IMG/VR virus record: IMGVR_UViG_3300003323_000550
Span: 2,319 to 66,318 of that record
DNA length: 64,000 nt
Reading direction: 5' to 3' (one strand)
Source of the DNA: a virus
Positions 45,679 through 54,852 of this stretch are shown piece after piece; positions within the stretch are counted from its first letter, which is position 1; each line of letters opens with the position of its first letter. A program made the translations under genes and the position numbers. The notes under the pieces were generated by a model. It was not told the DNA's origin. It saw nothing but the letters and a program-made list of their open reading frames with translations, and did no database searches.

Positions 45679-45874
45679 TCGATCACCTTCGGCGCGATCT
45701 TCTCCCGCGGCCAATTGCTCTCGCCCGGCAGCAGCCGGTACGGCGCGACCAGAACTGGCAATTTTGGCTGCGGTCGGTCGCTCGGGTCATCCCGCGAGAT
45801 CATCGCCGCGAGCGTCAGGGTGTCATAATCCTCGGCGCGGATGGCATGGGTGAGTTTGTTCCGGTGTCCGACGT

Positions 45875-46339
45875 TCATCTGTTCCCCATGTGCTGCTGAT
45901 CGGCGTAGTCCTGCCACGGCTCCATGCCGAAGGCCGCGAGGCAGTAAGTGCGCGTCTGCTCGAGGCAATCGCGGAGCTCATCGAGCGCCATTACGTCCAT
46001 GGCCATGCTCTGGACCTCGAGCTTGTAGGTGCCGTCCCGGCGGTAGACCGGTTCGGCAAAGCCGATGGCGCGCAGGATATGGCGGCGAAGGTGATTGGGC
46101 GTCGGCCACTTCCGGCCGTAGCCGCAATCCGGGCGATCATCGAAGATGCGCTTGATGCCGACCATGTAGAACGCCAGCACACGCCGATGCTCCTCCTGAG
46201 CGCCGTCGACGTCCTCGGGCCGGACGTGGAAGACCCGACCGACCGGCAGCGTCAGGATTTGCTCCTGCGCATACTGGTCGACCGGCACCAGGCGGCCCAT
46301 GTCCGAGCGGACGGCGATCGGCGGGGTTTCGTCTTTCAC
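45875..46339 (-). CDS. Hypothetical recombination-region protein (NinB/DUF1367-like)
   Basis: LVPVD...LPVG, ..S.AMD.M...E pattern; located in the recombination operon. Confidence 0.5.
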   Translation of the reverse strand: MKDETPPIAVRSDMGRLVPVDQYAQEQILTLPVGRVFHVRPEDVDGAQEEHRRVLAFYMVGIKRIFDDRPDCGYGRKWPTPNHLRRHILRAIGFAEPVYRRDGTYKLEVQSMAMDVMALDELRDCLEQTRTYCLAAFGMEPWQDYADQQHMGNR

Positions 46340-46563
46340 GGCTTCCCTGCGTAGCTGATGCGCTTGAACGGCTTGCGCAGTCGGCCGCCGATGGCCTCGC
46401 GCAGGCGCTGCCGGGCCAGATGCTCAGACGGCAATGTGATGCCGATGCGGCCGACGATACTGCGCACCGTGTTCGTGGGAATGCCAGTGGCGCTGGAGAT
46501 CGCGCCAGCGGTCCATTCCGGATGGGCGATGTGAGCGTCGAGGATGGCCTGCTTGTCGTTCAT
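46336..46563 (-). CDS. Small HTH DNA-binding protein
   Basis: HPEWTAGAISSATGIPTNTVRSIVGR. Confidence 0.65.
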   Translation of the reverse strand: MNDKQAILDAHIAHPEWTAGAISSATGIPTNTVRSIVGRIGITLPSEHLARQRLREAIGGRLRKPFKRISYAGKP

Positions 46564-47099
46564 AGCCAGCCGTCCCCGTCGACGTCACCGTGGTAGGGGC
46601 GGCCAGTGACGTCGGACAGCACCTCGCCATCAGATGGCGGCGCCCAGTTCCAGAACCCCTGCGCTCCCTTGATCGGCACCGGGATGCCGAACCGCTTCAC
46701 GTCCCGCATCGGCCAGCCGAAGACCTGATGATCGATGCGGTCGCTGTCGCCCTTGAAGTCTTTGCCATAGGCTTGGCGCACGGCCTCGGCCGCAGGCACG
46801 GGCTGACCGATGACGGCAGTGCCCAGCATCGAGGACAGCGGGATGCGCTCAGGGTGCGCCTGCATGTCGAGCAGCAGGTCCAGCGCCTCGGGTTTCAGGG
46901 CTGTGCCCCAGCCCTGTTCGAGCCGCATGGCGGCGATCAGTTCATCGATCTCGGCCGGCTTGACCTTGCGAGCGCCGGCATGGATGCCGATGCGCTGGTC
47001 CCATATCCATTTCGGCGCGGGCCAGCGGCGGAACTCGAACGGCTTGACCTCATAGACGACCAGCGTCGCCCATGGCTGCCAGAGGGTGAGGGCCTTCAT
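46560..47099 (-). CDS. ASCH domain protein
   Basis: MKALTLWQPWATLV...K.FEFR.W...IGIHAG...PIKGAQGFW. Confidence 0.85.
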   Translation of the reverse strand: MKALTLWQPWATLVVYEVKPFEFRRWPAPKWIWDQRIGIHAGARKVKPAEIDELIAAMRLEQGWGTALKPEALDLLLDMQAHPERIPLSSMLGTAVIGQPVPAAEAVRQAYGKDFKGDSDRIDHQVFGWPMRDVKRFGIPVPIKGAQGFWNWAPPSDGEVLSDVTGRPYHGDVDGDGWL

Positions 47100-48391
47100 T
47101 CCGGCACCTGCGGCAGGCTGTCGAGTAGATTGCCCTGTCCCTGCTCGGCTTCGGCGACGGCCCGGTTGAGGCCATCGATCCGGTTGAGGTGCCTGGCCTT
47201 GAGTTCTGCGGCCCACGCCAGAGCCTCAGGCTTTCCGGCCAGTTGCTCCTCGACCTTGGCATCATCCCACGCATTGAGAAAATCCAGGTCGGTCTCGTAG
47301 GGCGCCATCTCCTCATCGAGACGGGTGAAATAGGCGTCCATGTCCGGCGCCGGCGACGTATTGGTCATCGGCTCGCCGGTCGCTGGGTGGCGCACGTCGC
47401 TTTCATCGTGGCTGAAATCGTCCGCCGCCTCGGCCGCCGAGTTGCTGTTTTGCGCAACTTCGCTATTCGGCTGTTCCGCTTCACTTTTCCCGCCTTCTGG
47501 AAGGTCGGATTTCGGAAGTGGCTCATCCTCCGGCACCTCCGGCAGGATCTCGGACGGACGCAAGTCGGCAGGACGTGACGACGTCGGCGTGACGTCGACC
47601 ATGCCGCTGATCTCGCGCGCCTCCCAATCATCGGTGATGCCACCGAGCACGTCGCCGAACAGTTCGCGTAGGCAGAAGCCCGCCGCACGCCAGCCGAGCA
47701 TGCGTTCCGGGTAGCGCCACCACGGCGAGTCGTTCGGCACCTGCTCGCGCTTGCTGGTGCGGTTGCCCTTCGGACCGCTCCAGACGTCTTTCCACACCAG
47801 CGCATCGGTCTGCCAGAGACCGGCGCGCTTGGCTTGGGCGACGGTGAAGATCACCACCTTGGACTCGCCGCTGTCGACCCGCTCGGCGTCGCAGTAGCCG
47901 CCCGTGCGCTCATCGATCGGCAATGCAAGGAACTCCTCGCGGATGGATGCTAGGTCTGCCGCCAGTGCCTCGGGCGTTTCGCCATAGGGCTCGCGCAGTT
48001 TTCCCGCCCGGATGAACAGGCGGAAATCGGTGCCCGACGTGTATTCGACCCGCAGCTTTTTGGCCCGGCCACTGCGGCGAACCACGTTGATGAGGCCATC
48101 GCCGTAGAGTGCCGGCCGCCCGTTGATCGCGGTGAAGCTGCGCAGCGACACCATCGGAGGAAGACCGAGTTCGGCGCCCGCCATGATGACGATCGCCACG
48201 GCGCTGGTGGCGCGGGTCACGTCAGCGGGAGTATCGAGCCTGCCGGTCAGCGCGTATGGCGCGAGGCCGGATTTCACGACGCCACTCGATACGCGGAAGA
48301 TTTCCTCCACGGTCTGGGGGACCACGGCCACTACTTGGCCGCCAGCAGGCATCACCTGCGGCAGCGCTGTCTTCTGCACGGTCTCGGTCAA
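47096..48391 (-). CDS. RecT/Red-beta-like ssDNA-annealing recombinase
   Basis: GAELGLPPM.SL....INGRPALYGD, A.RAGLW, PW.RYPERML..RA..F.LR..F.DVL.G. Acidic C-terminus. Confidence 0.85.
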   Translation of the reverse strand: MTETVQKTALPQVMPAGGQVVAVVPQTVEEIFRVSSGVVKSGLAPYALTGRLDTPADVTRATSAVAIVIMAGAELGLPPMVSLRSFTAINGRPALYGDGLINVVRRSGRAKKLRVEYTSGTDFRLFIRAGKLREPYGETPEALAADLASIREEFLALPIDERTGGYCDAERVDSGESKVVIFTVAQAKRAGLWQTDALVWKDVWSGPKGNRTSKREQVPNDSPWWRYPERMLGWRAAGFCLRELFGDVLGGITDDWEAREISGMVDVTPTSSRPADLRPSEILPEVPEDEPLPKSDLPEGGKSEAEQPNSEVAQNSNSAAEAADDFSHDESDVRHPATGEPMTNTSPAPDMDAYFTRLDEEMAPYETDLDFLNAWDDAKVEEQLAGKPEALAWAAELKARHLNRIDGLNRAVAEAEQGQGNLLDSLPQVPE

Positions 48392-48621
48392 TTCAGCCTC
48401 CGGTGGTTGCGGTAGTCGCGCACGATGTCGGCGCAGTTCTCATAGCTCATGGCCTGCAGGTCCGAGATCGCCTTGTCGGTCTCGGTGGTGTCGTGCTTTT
48501 CGGACGAACCGCGGATGCCATCGATCAGCCAGCGCATCATTGCCTCGGCATTTTCCAGTGCCTCGGCATCGGTCATCGGATCACTGGGAGATTTGCCGGA
48601 GAAAGGCTCTCGGTCCGTCAC
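48388..48621 (-). CDS. Small hypothetical protein
   Basis: Coupled to both neighbours. Confidence 0.55.
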   Translation of the reverse strand: MTDREPFSGKSPSDPMTDAEALENAEAMMRWLIDGIRGSSEKHDTTETDKAISDLQAMSYENCADIVRDYRNHRRLN

Positions 48622-49679
48622 TGCAACTGCTCCTCAACGATGACGCCGGGAAGCACTATGCCGCCCTTGAGCGCCTTGTCGGCGCGGCCTTGGAAATAGG
48701 CGATGACGTCGGCATCGGCGCCGCCCTCGCCGAACACCAGCGCGTTGACCAGCTTGGGCAGGTCATCGATCTTGGCGACCTTCACCTTGCGCAAGCCCTG
48801 CGCGCGACCGTGGGCGGTGCCGACCGTGGCGCGCTTGGTCTCCACCACCGGCTCGGCGATGGGCGTGCGGTCGGGCTCCATGCCCATCTGCTCGGCCTGC
48901 TCGTTGACCTTGGCCTGCTTGTCCTCGGCCTCCTTGCGCAGCCTATCGCGCTCGTCGGCGGCCTCCTTGTCGAGTCGCGCCTGCTCCTTGCGCAGCCATG
49001 ACTTCTGGCGCGCGGTGCCGTCTCGGTAGGCGTTGCCGCCGGGCTCTCCGATTGCCTTCCAGCGCGCATCGACGTCGCGACCGCCCTGCAAAAATGGCTC
49101 TTTCTCGCGGATCCTCTCGGTCTCGGCGAGTTGCAGCAGCCGCCGCATCTTGTCGAGCCGGCCGGCCAGCACCTCGGCCTCATCCTTGTTGGTCGGTTCC
49201 TTGGTGCCCGCGATGAGTTCGGCCAGGTTCTTGATCTGGTCGGCCAGCGATTCCTCGACCGGCGGATTGTTGCCGCCCGAGGTGGTGTCGATCCCAAGCT
49301 TTTCATCGGCCGACATTTCGCGCGCCGGCTTGTTGTCGCTCGGCCAGCGGCCGGTCTTGAGCGCCGCGGCATAGTCCTCGCGCGTCACCGCGACGCAGTG
49401 CAGCCAGCCGGTCTGGATGAAGCGGTTCCAGTCCTCGGCGTTGGTGACCGTGTCCTTGGGACGGTAACTGCCCTCCTGCCAGACCGTCGCCTCGAGCGGG
49501 TTGCCTTCGGCATCCTTGTCGGTGAAAATCATCACCGGCATATCTGGTTTCGTGCGCGCGGCCTCGCGGCGCCAGTAGCCGGTGATCTGCAGCCGGTCGG
49601 TCGGGCGCCTGTCGCGGTCCGCCTCCGGCGTCGAGAATTTGAGCTCGGCCTTGTAAAGGGTCCACGACACCTGAGGCAT
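48618..49679 (-). CDS. Phage coiled-coil protein of recombination operons
   Basis: GGAG SD; G.NNPP, E.ER..EKEP.L..GR.VD..W, LPGV.V.E. Confidence 0.7.
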   Translation of the reverse strand: MPQVSWTLYKAELKFSTPEADRDRRPTDRLQITGYWRREAARTKPDMPVMIFTDKDAEGNPLEATVWQEGSYRPKDTVTNAEDWNRFIQTGWLHCVAVTREDYAAALKTGRWPSDNKPAREMSADEKLGIDTTSGGNNPPVEESLADQIKNLAELIAGTKEPTNKDEAEVLAGRLDKMRRLLQLAETERIREKEPFLQGGRDVDARWKAIGEPGGNAYRDGTARQKSWLRKEQARLDKEAADERDRLRKEAEDKQAKVNEQAEQMGMEPDRTPIAEPVVETKRATVGTAHGRAQGLRKVKVAKIDDLPKLVNALVFGEGGADADVIAYFQGRADKALKGGIVLPGVIVEEQLQ

Positions 49680-49703
49680 CTGTTCGTTCTCCAAAACGCG
49701 TTG

Positions 49704-49762
49704 TTGAAAATCGTTACGCTTCGTCGTATAGGTCGTCAACAAGATTTTACGGAGACGTAACG
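49704..49762. promoter_or_regulatory. Overlapping divergent promoters with inverted half-sites
   Basis: + strand TTGAAA-17-TATAGG (49704-49732). - strand TTGACG-17-TAACGA (49739-49711). CGTTACG (49712-18) and CGTAACG (49756-62). Confidence 0.65.
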
Positions 49763-49765
49763 GCA

Positions 49766-49933
49766 ATGCCAGACGAAATCGCACCAGAAGACATGGCCGT
49801 CACCCAGATCGAACTCTCCAAAGACCTGCGCGACCGCATCATGGCGCAGGCGAAAGCCGACCGCCGAACGATCCGGCCCGAGATGGTGGTGCTGCTGGAG
49901 GAAGCCGTGACGGCCAGGGAGCGGCGGAAGTGA
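49766..49933 (+). CDS. Arc-like ribbon-helix-helix regulator (55 aa, not in ORF track)
   Basis: TQIELSKDLRDRIMAQAKADRRTIRPEMVVLLEEA; GGAG SD. Confidence 0.75.
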   Translation: MPDEIAPEDMAVTQIELSKDLRDRIMAQAKADRRTIRPEMVVLLEEAVTARERRK

Positions 49934-50364
49934 TCTCCGACCTCGACCGCGCCATCCTGACCGATCCGTGGCCCTACCGGTTCACCTACATCGAGTATGA
50001 GGAGGCCCGGCGCCGGAATGGTCTGGGCGTCGGCCTGCGCGGCCCGCTCACGCGACCGGAGGATCGAACACTGGCGCAGGTCCGATTCGACGGCGCTGTC
50101 GAGCGTGCCACTACGCCGACGATCACTGAATTGTTCCCAGCGCCGCCGCTGCGCGACGACATGCGGCCGATGAGCACGGCCCCGCGCGACGGCACCCACA
50201 TCACGGTTCGCCGGAAGCCGCATCCGAATATGCGCCATCACATCGGGATCGTTTACTGGGTGGCCAGAACGATCTCGCGCGGGTTCTGGTCCGGCTTTTC
50301 CGCCGGCAATTCGATCTACGGCCAAGATGATGATTTCATCGGCTGGTGGGATGAAGAAAAGTGA
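49930..50364 (+). CDS. Hypothetical protein with PMSTAPRDGT (DUF551-like) motif
   Basis: GTGA coupling; motif seen directly. Confidence 0.55.
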   Translation: MISDLDRAILTDPWPYRFTYIEYEEARRRNGLGVGLRGPLTRPEDRTLAQVRFDGAVERATTPTITELFPAPPLRDDMRPMSTAPRDGTHITVRRKPHPNMRHHIGIVYWVARTISRGFWSGFSAGNSIYGQDDDFIGWWDEEK

Positions 50365-51111
50365 CCTCCGGCCTCACCAAGCCCCAGAAGCTGATGCTCA
50401 AGCGCCTCGTGGAAGACGGCCCGTTCACGCCGACGCGCGCCGAGTGGGTGACGTTCCGCGGCCTCGAGGCCATGAAACTGGCCGCCAAGGTGGAGTTCAC
50501 GATCATCGCCACCGATATGGGGCGGCTGAAATTTCATGGAGACAATGCCTGATGGGCATGTACGACATGGACGGCTACTGGGACGTCGAGACCGACGACA
50601 ACCCCTATGACGACCCGCCCGAACCGAAGTCCCGCCAGCGCAAGCCGCTGATCCGCGGCGGCGCGGGAAAGCGCAAGGGCAAGAGCCCGCGCCAATACAC
50701 CCGCAATTATCGGCGGACGCCCTCGCTCGGCTGGGGCGTCACCGTGATGCGCGATTGGGATTATGCCTGGTATCGGCTCGTCGTTCCTCAGTTCCGCGAC
50801 AAGCCCATCGACGTCCGCAAGCTCTGGCACAAAAAGGTGCATCATGATCGCCGTGGCCGTCACCTGCGCCCACCGGTGGTATTCTGATGGCTGATCCCAC
50901 GATCATCTCCGGCATGCGTGTCCGCGCCCGCGAGCCCCGCTGGTATTGCCTCTGCGGCCATTGTGTCGTCACCTCGAGCGAGACGTTGACCGTGCGCGAG
51001 CGGAAGTTCTTTCCGGGGCTCGGGCCGATGGTCTCGTTCGAGGAGCATCAGGATGATGATCACCAGCCCTGGTTCCTCGCCAGCGGGTTCAACGTGAGGC
51101 ACGACGGCTGA
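50361..51111 (+). CDS. Three small hypothetical ORFs (50361-50552, 50552-50887, 50887-51111)
   Basis: Chain of TGATG/GTGA-coupled ORFs. Confidence 0.5.
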
Positions 51112-51506
51112 TGCGCGCCGCCCGGTTCAATCTCGGCCAGCACCTCGGCAACCGCCCGATCGGCAACGCCGAGGAGCAGTTCCAAATCAGCTTGATCGAG
51201 CACCTGAAGTGGTACGGCAACACCGACGTGCTGTGGTGGCACTGTCCCAATGGCGGCAAGCGCACCAAGGCTGCGGCCGGCAAGCTCAAGGCTATGGGCG
51301 TGCGGCCCGGCGTGCCGGACCTGCAGTTCATGTTCCCCGACGGGCGCGTGGCCTTCCTCGAACTCAAGGCCCAAGGCGGCATCGTCTCCGACGAGCAGAC
51401 CGTGTTCCTCAAATACTGCGAGCGTGCGGGCATCGAGGCCGCCATCGCCTACAATATCGACCAAGCGGTGAGCATCCTGCAGGCGTGGCGGGTGCTACCC
51501 CAATGA
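51111..51506 (+). CDS. VRR-NUC domain nuclease
   Basis: HCPNGG.R....LKAMGVRPGVPDL...FLELK...G..S.EQ (PD-(D/E)xK). Confidence 0.9.
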   Translation: MRAARFNLGQHLGNRPIGNAEEQFQISLIEHLKWYGNTDVLWWHCPNGGKRTKAAAGKLKAMGVRPGVPDLQFMFPDGRVAFLELKAQGGIVSDEQTVFLKYCERAGIEAAIAYNIDQAVSILQAWRVLPQ

Positions 51507-52015
51507 TCTGGCAACTCAGCGACAGGTTTGATCCGAAGGCACGGGTGCTTGCTGACCGCCACTACAACCGACAGAAGATAGGGTCACCTCAGTTCGTGCC
51601 GCCTGGGCGCTGCATGGTGCTCTATGCCGAGACAGAGACCGGCCGAGCCTTCTGGGTCACCTCGTGGCCCTTCGCTAAGTACGTAAAGCACGCATGGGCC
51701 GGCGCGTGGGTCTGTTCCGCATTTCGCAATGAAGGGGCCGGCGTCGCATCGGACCTGATTCGCGATGCCGTTGCCGCGACTATTGAGTTTTTCGGCCCAC
51801 CCCCCCCGCTTGGCCTGATCACCTTCGTCGATCGCAGCAAGGTCAAACCGACACGCGTGCGCGGCGCCGAGGTTTGGGGTTGGACTTATCGCAGGGCAGG
51901 TTTTGCCGAGGTCGGAGAGACCAAGGGCGGTCTGCTGGCGCTGCAACTGCTGCCGGCTGCAATGCCGCCTGCGCGCGCTGCGCTCGGGTTTCAGGCCCGC
52001 ATAGCTTTCGCATAA
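51503..52015 (+). CDS. Conserved phage protein, possibly Mom-like GNAT acyltransferase
   Basis: ADRHYNRQK.GSPQFVPPG; FRNEG...S.LI..A; LITFVD...GWTY..AGF resembles the C-terminal part of Mom-type proteins. Confidence 0.55.
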   Translation: MIWQLSDRFDPKARVLADRHYNRQKIGSPQFVPPGRCMVLYAETETGRAFWVTSWPFAKYVKHAWAGAWVCSAFRNEGAGVASDLIRDAVAATIEFFGPPPPLGLITFVDRSKVKPTRVRGAEVWGWTYRRAGFAEVGETKGGLLALQLLPAAMPPARAALGFQARIAFA

Positions 52016-52043
52016 ATTCACCGCCATTTTGCAAGGAGCACCC

Positions 52044-52700
52044 ATGGCAATGGAAGACGATCCAGACCTCATCAATGATCCCGACCGCCAGTTAGAGGCG
52101 AAAGCCTTCCAGCAGGCCGAGAAGTACCAGGCTAGCCGCGTCCGTTCTCGGAACGAAAACAAGGTCAAGGCCGACGGCCGCAAGGAGATCGAAAAGCTCG
52201 GTTTCGATACCGACGCCTATCAGGTCTCATTGCGGGTCGCTCGCGACAAGACGCCGGCCGAGCAGCGCAAATGGGTCCGCGACCTGAAATTCTTCCTCAA
52301 GATCTTCGGCAACAAGCAGCAGGAGCTCTGGCCTGAGGATGCAGCCAAAGCCGAAGCCCGCGCCAAGCGGAAGCGGGAGAAGGCGGCCAAGGCTGCGGCA
52401 GCGGCCGGCAAGGAAACGCCCGAGCAGCAGGAGCGGCGCCTGGCGGCGGACACCAACCCGCGCTCCGATCCGAACCGGGGCGGCGCCAAGCCGCGCACGG
52501 GCCGCAAGGCCAAGGACAACGTCGTGAACCTCAACCGCGCCCCACTCGCCAGCGATGCGGAGAAGGTCGCAGCCGATGAGCAGAAGACCGGCGGCGAAAT
52601 CCTCGACGGTGCTCTGCAGCAGATCAAGGATGCCGGCGGCGAGCCGAAGAGCCAGTCGGCTCAGGCGGCCGAGAAACGCGACGAGGCGGGCATTCCCTGA
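52044..52700 (+). CDS. Possible GapR/DUF2312-like DNA-binding protein with long basic tail
   Basis: AAGGAG SD; KEIEKLGFDTDAYQVSLRVARDK resembles the GapR GFD motif. Confidence 0.45.
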   Translation: MAMEDDPDLINDPDRQLEAKAFQQAEKYQASRVRSRNENKVKADGRKEIEKLGFDTDAYQVSLRVARDKTPAEQRKWVRDLKFFLKIFGNKQQELWPEDAAKAEARAKRKREKAAKAAAAAGKETPEQQERRLAADTNPRSDPNRGGAKPRTGRKAKDNVVNLNRAPLASDAEKVAADEQKTGGEILDGALQQIKDAGGEPKSQSAQAAEKRDEAGIP

Positions 52701-52712
52701 TGGAGGGTCGTC

Positions 52713-53069
52713 ATGTCCGGCCTCAAGAAGCGCGGCCCGGCGCGACGGCATGGCAAACGCAGGAAGCGCGACCCCGGCAAGATCTGCGCCTACTGCGGCC
52801 GGGGTCTCAGTGGCGGCGTGCGACCGGGCGTCATCGTGCCTGTGAACATGCACACCCGCGACCATGTGATCCCGGCGCACGCAGGCGGCACGATCAAGGT
52901 GCCGTGTTGTTTCGAGTGCAACCACCTCAAGGGCGGCATGTCGCCATCGGCGTGGCTGGCCTTCGTCATCGTCAATATGCCGCACCGCGCCGAGGCCGTG
53001 CGGAACGTCTTTCGATCTTTCAACCTGCGGTGGGATGAGCCCGCCGCGCAACCAGGAGAACGAGTATGA
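52713..53069 (+). CDS. HNH endonuclease (Zn-binding type)
   Basis: CAYCG...TRDHVIP...GG...PCCFECNHLKG. Confidence 0.85.
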   Translation: MSGLKKRGPARRHGKRRKRDPGKICAYCGRGLSGGVRPGVIVPVNMHTRDHVIPAHAGGTIKVPCCFECNHLKGGMSPSAWLAFVIVNMPHRAEAVRNVFRSFNLRWDEPAAQPGERV

Positions 53070-53335
53070 ATTTCGGTGACGCCATTGCGGCCCTAAAAGA
53101 GGGCAAACGAGTTCGCCGTACCGGTTGGAACGGCAAGAATATGTTCCTGTTCCTCGTGCCGGGCTCGCAGTTCAAGGTCAACCGCGAACCGCTGCTGTCG
53201 ATCATGGGCGAAGGCACGGTGGTCGACTACCATGCCCACATCGACATGAAGACGGCGCAGGGCTACGTCGTGCCGTGGCTCGCCAGCCAGGCGGACATGC
53301 TCGATGAGGACTGGGAAGTCGTCCCGCTCGCCTGA
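53066..53335 (+). CDS. tad2: DUF2829 / Tad2-like anti-defence sponge protein
   Basis: MNFGDAIAALKEGKRVRRTGWNGKNMFL...IDMKTAQG..VPWLASQADML.EDW. Confidence 0.8.
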   Translation: MNFGDAIAALKEGKRVRRTGWNGKNMFLFLVPGSQFKVNREPLLSIMGEGTVVDYHAHIDMKTAQGYVVPWLASQADMLDEDWEVVPLA

Positions 53336-53880
53336 GTTGGTATTCCCAAAACCCCGTCCTACTAGGGATGGTGGGTTGACGACTGGCTGATGCGAGCCCC
53401 ATAAAAGCGAACCGCCCCGAAGCGCACAGCAACGGGGCGGATCAACGAACTAGACGCTGGGTCCAGCAGCGAAATGTTCGGGTAACGGGTTCTTATATGC
53501 CCGCCTCCCCCGCACAATTCAAGCCATCCCGTCCGGTTCCACCAAGGAAAGCGGAAGTGTTCGGCTGTGTGCCAGCCCATTCCCCGCCGACCGGACGACG
53601 TAGTGCCTACCGATCAGGAATGCGCTCCAAGACGGCGCCCCCGAGCCCGGAAGGCAGGGGATAAACGACGTGAAGTGGTGAGGTTGCCCAGCAATATCGG
53701 GCAGCATCCTCAGGAGGACGGCCCCTTAGCGCCCCCGGGAGCATCCGGAAGCAGCCGTGTCGATAAGGTCACCCTGATCGGACACCCCATGGAATGCCAC
53801 CAGGCGAAGGGTCATCCTCACCCTCCGTCTTGTTGATGGAATCAGAGGAACAGACACCGCGCGAGGGCGCACAGGAGACA
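53336..53880 (+). ncRNA. Candidate large structured non-coding element (RNA or single-stranded origin)
   Basis: Longest gap without a credible gene. Perfect stems 53412-19/53433-40, 53530-37/53590-97 and 53610-18/53773-81, with nested internal hairpins. Confidence 0.55.
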
Positions 53881-53882
53881 CG

Positions 53883-54458
53883 ATGGCGGCGACGATGACC
53901 AAGGGCGAGCGACAGGAGCTTGGCCAACTGATTCGTAAGCGCGAGAAGGTGATGCGCGCCCAAGCTCAAGAACGATCAGCAGCGCTGTTGGCTGAGTTCG
54001 ATGCGCAGAGCGCCAAGATTTACCACTACGACGACGATCCGGTCTGGGCGAAGGTCGAGGCTGAGGCCCGGGAAGCCGTCGAGGCGGCGCAGCGGCAGAT
54101 CAACGAGCGCTGCAAGGAACTCGGCATCCCGGAGGAATTTGCGCCAGGTCTGTCGTTCGGCTGGTACGGGCGAGGGCACAACGCGGTCGCGCAGCGGCGC
54201 CAAGAACTGCGGCGAGCAGCAAAGTCCAAGATCGAAGCCCTCGAAAAAGAGGCGATCACCAAGATCGAACGGCTCAGTCTCGAGGCGCAGGAGCAGGTCA
54301 TCTCGGCCGGTCTCGAAAGCGAAGCCGCCAAGGCGTTCCTACAGAACATGCCGACGATGGACGCGCTGATGCCGCCCATCGAGATCGGCGAAATTCAGGG
54401 CCTGATCGACAAGCGCCGCTCCGAAGCGCGCCACGGCATCGAGCATTACGATGCCTAA
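53883..54458 (+). CDS. Conserved helical hypothetical protein
   Basis: AGGAG SD; ERCKELGIP..F.P, GLES..A..FL..MP. Confidence 0.7.
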   Translation: MAATMTKGERQELGQLIRKREKVMRAQAQERSAALLAEFDAQSAKIYHYDDDPVWAKVEAEAREAVEAAQRQINERCKELGIPEEFAPGLSFGWYGRGHNAVAQRRQELRRAAKSKIEALEKEAITKIERLSLEAQEQVISAGLESEAAKAFLQNMPTMDALMPPIEIGEIQGLIDKRRSEARHGIEHYDA

Positions 54459-54852
54459 GCAAGCCTCGCTGTTCACCGCAAACGACGAACTCGCCCAAGT
54501 GCTCGGGGAAGACCTCGCCCGCGAGTTCCTCGCGCACCGCAAGATCAAACGGGCGCCGATGACGCCCTACGCCGCCAAGCTGATGGCGGCCAAGCTGCAG
54601 AAGATGCCCGACCCCATCGCCGCCGTGCAGCAGTCCATCCTCAAGGGCTGGACGGATGTCTATCCCGTGGCGGCCGAACAGCAAAATGCCCGTCAAAATG
54701 ATAGGGTGACCGGCGTCGCCGCCGAGCGCGAAAAACTGAGACAGGAGATCGAAGGTGACCAGCATCGAGAGCAAAGCCAAGAAGGCGAAGGTTCTGGACC
54801 TCTTGGAAGGCTACAGCTCCTTGATTGGGAAAGACCTGTCCGGCCTCACTAG
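54451..54852 (+). CDS. Replication-initiator C-terminal-domain-only protein
   Basis: EFLAHRK.K.APMT..A..L...L.....A.VQQSI.KGW..V is typical of the C-terminal domain of phage replisome organisers. No N-terminal wHTH. Confidence 0.6.
   Translation: MPKQASLFTANDELAQVLGEDLAREFLAHRKIKRAPMTPYAAKLMAAKLQKMPDPIAAVQQSILKGWTDVYPVAAEQQNARQNDRVTGVAAEREKLRQEIEGDQHREQSQEGEGSGPLGRLQLLDWERPVRPH

Noticed and set aside
53385-53412. Hammerhead-like CTGATG in the non-coding element
   Set aside because: The sequence is CTGATGCGAG rather than CUGANGA, and I could not place the GAAA and cleavage-site stems.
53362-53836. Short ORFs (53362-53580, 53519-53707, 53567-53836) inside the non-coding gap
   Set aside because: No convincing SD, non-phage-like codon usage, and no coupling to neighbouring genes.
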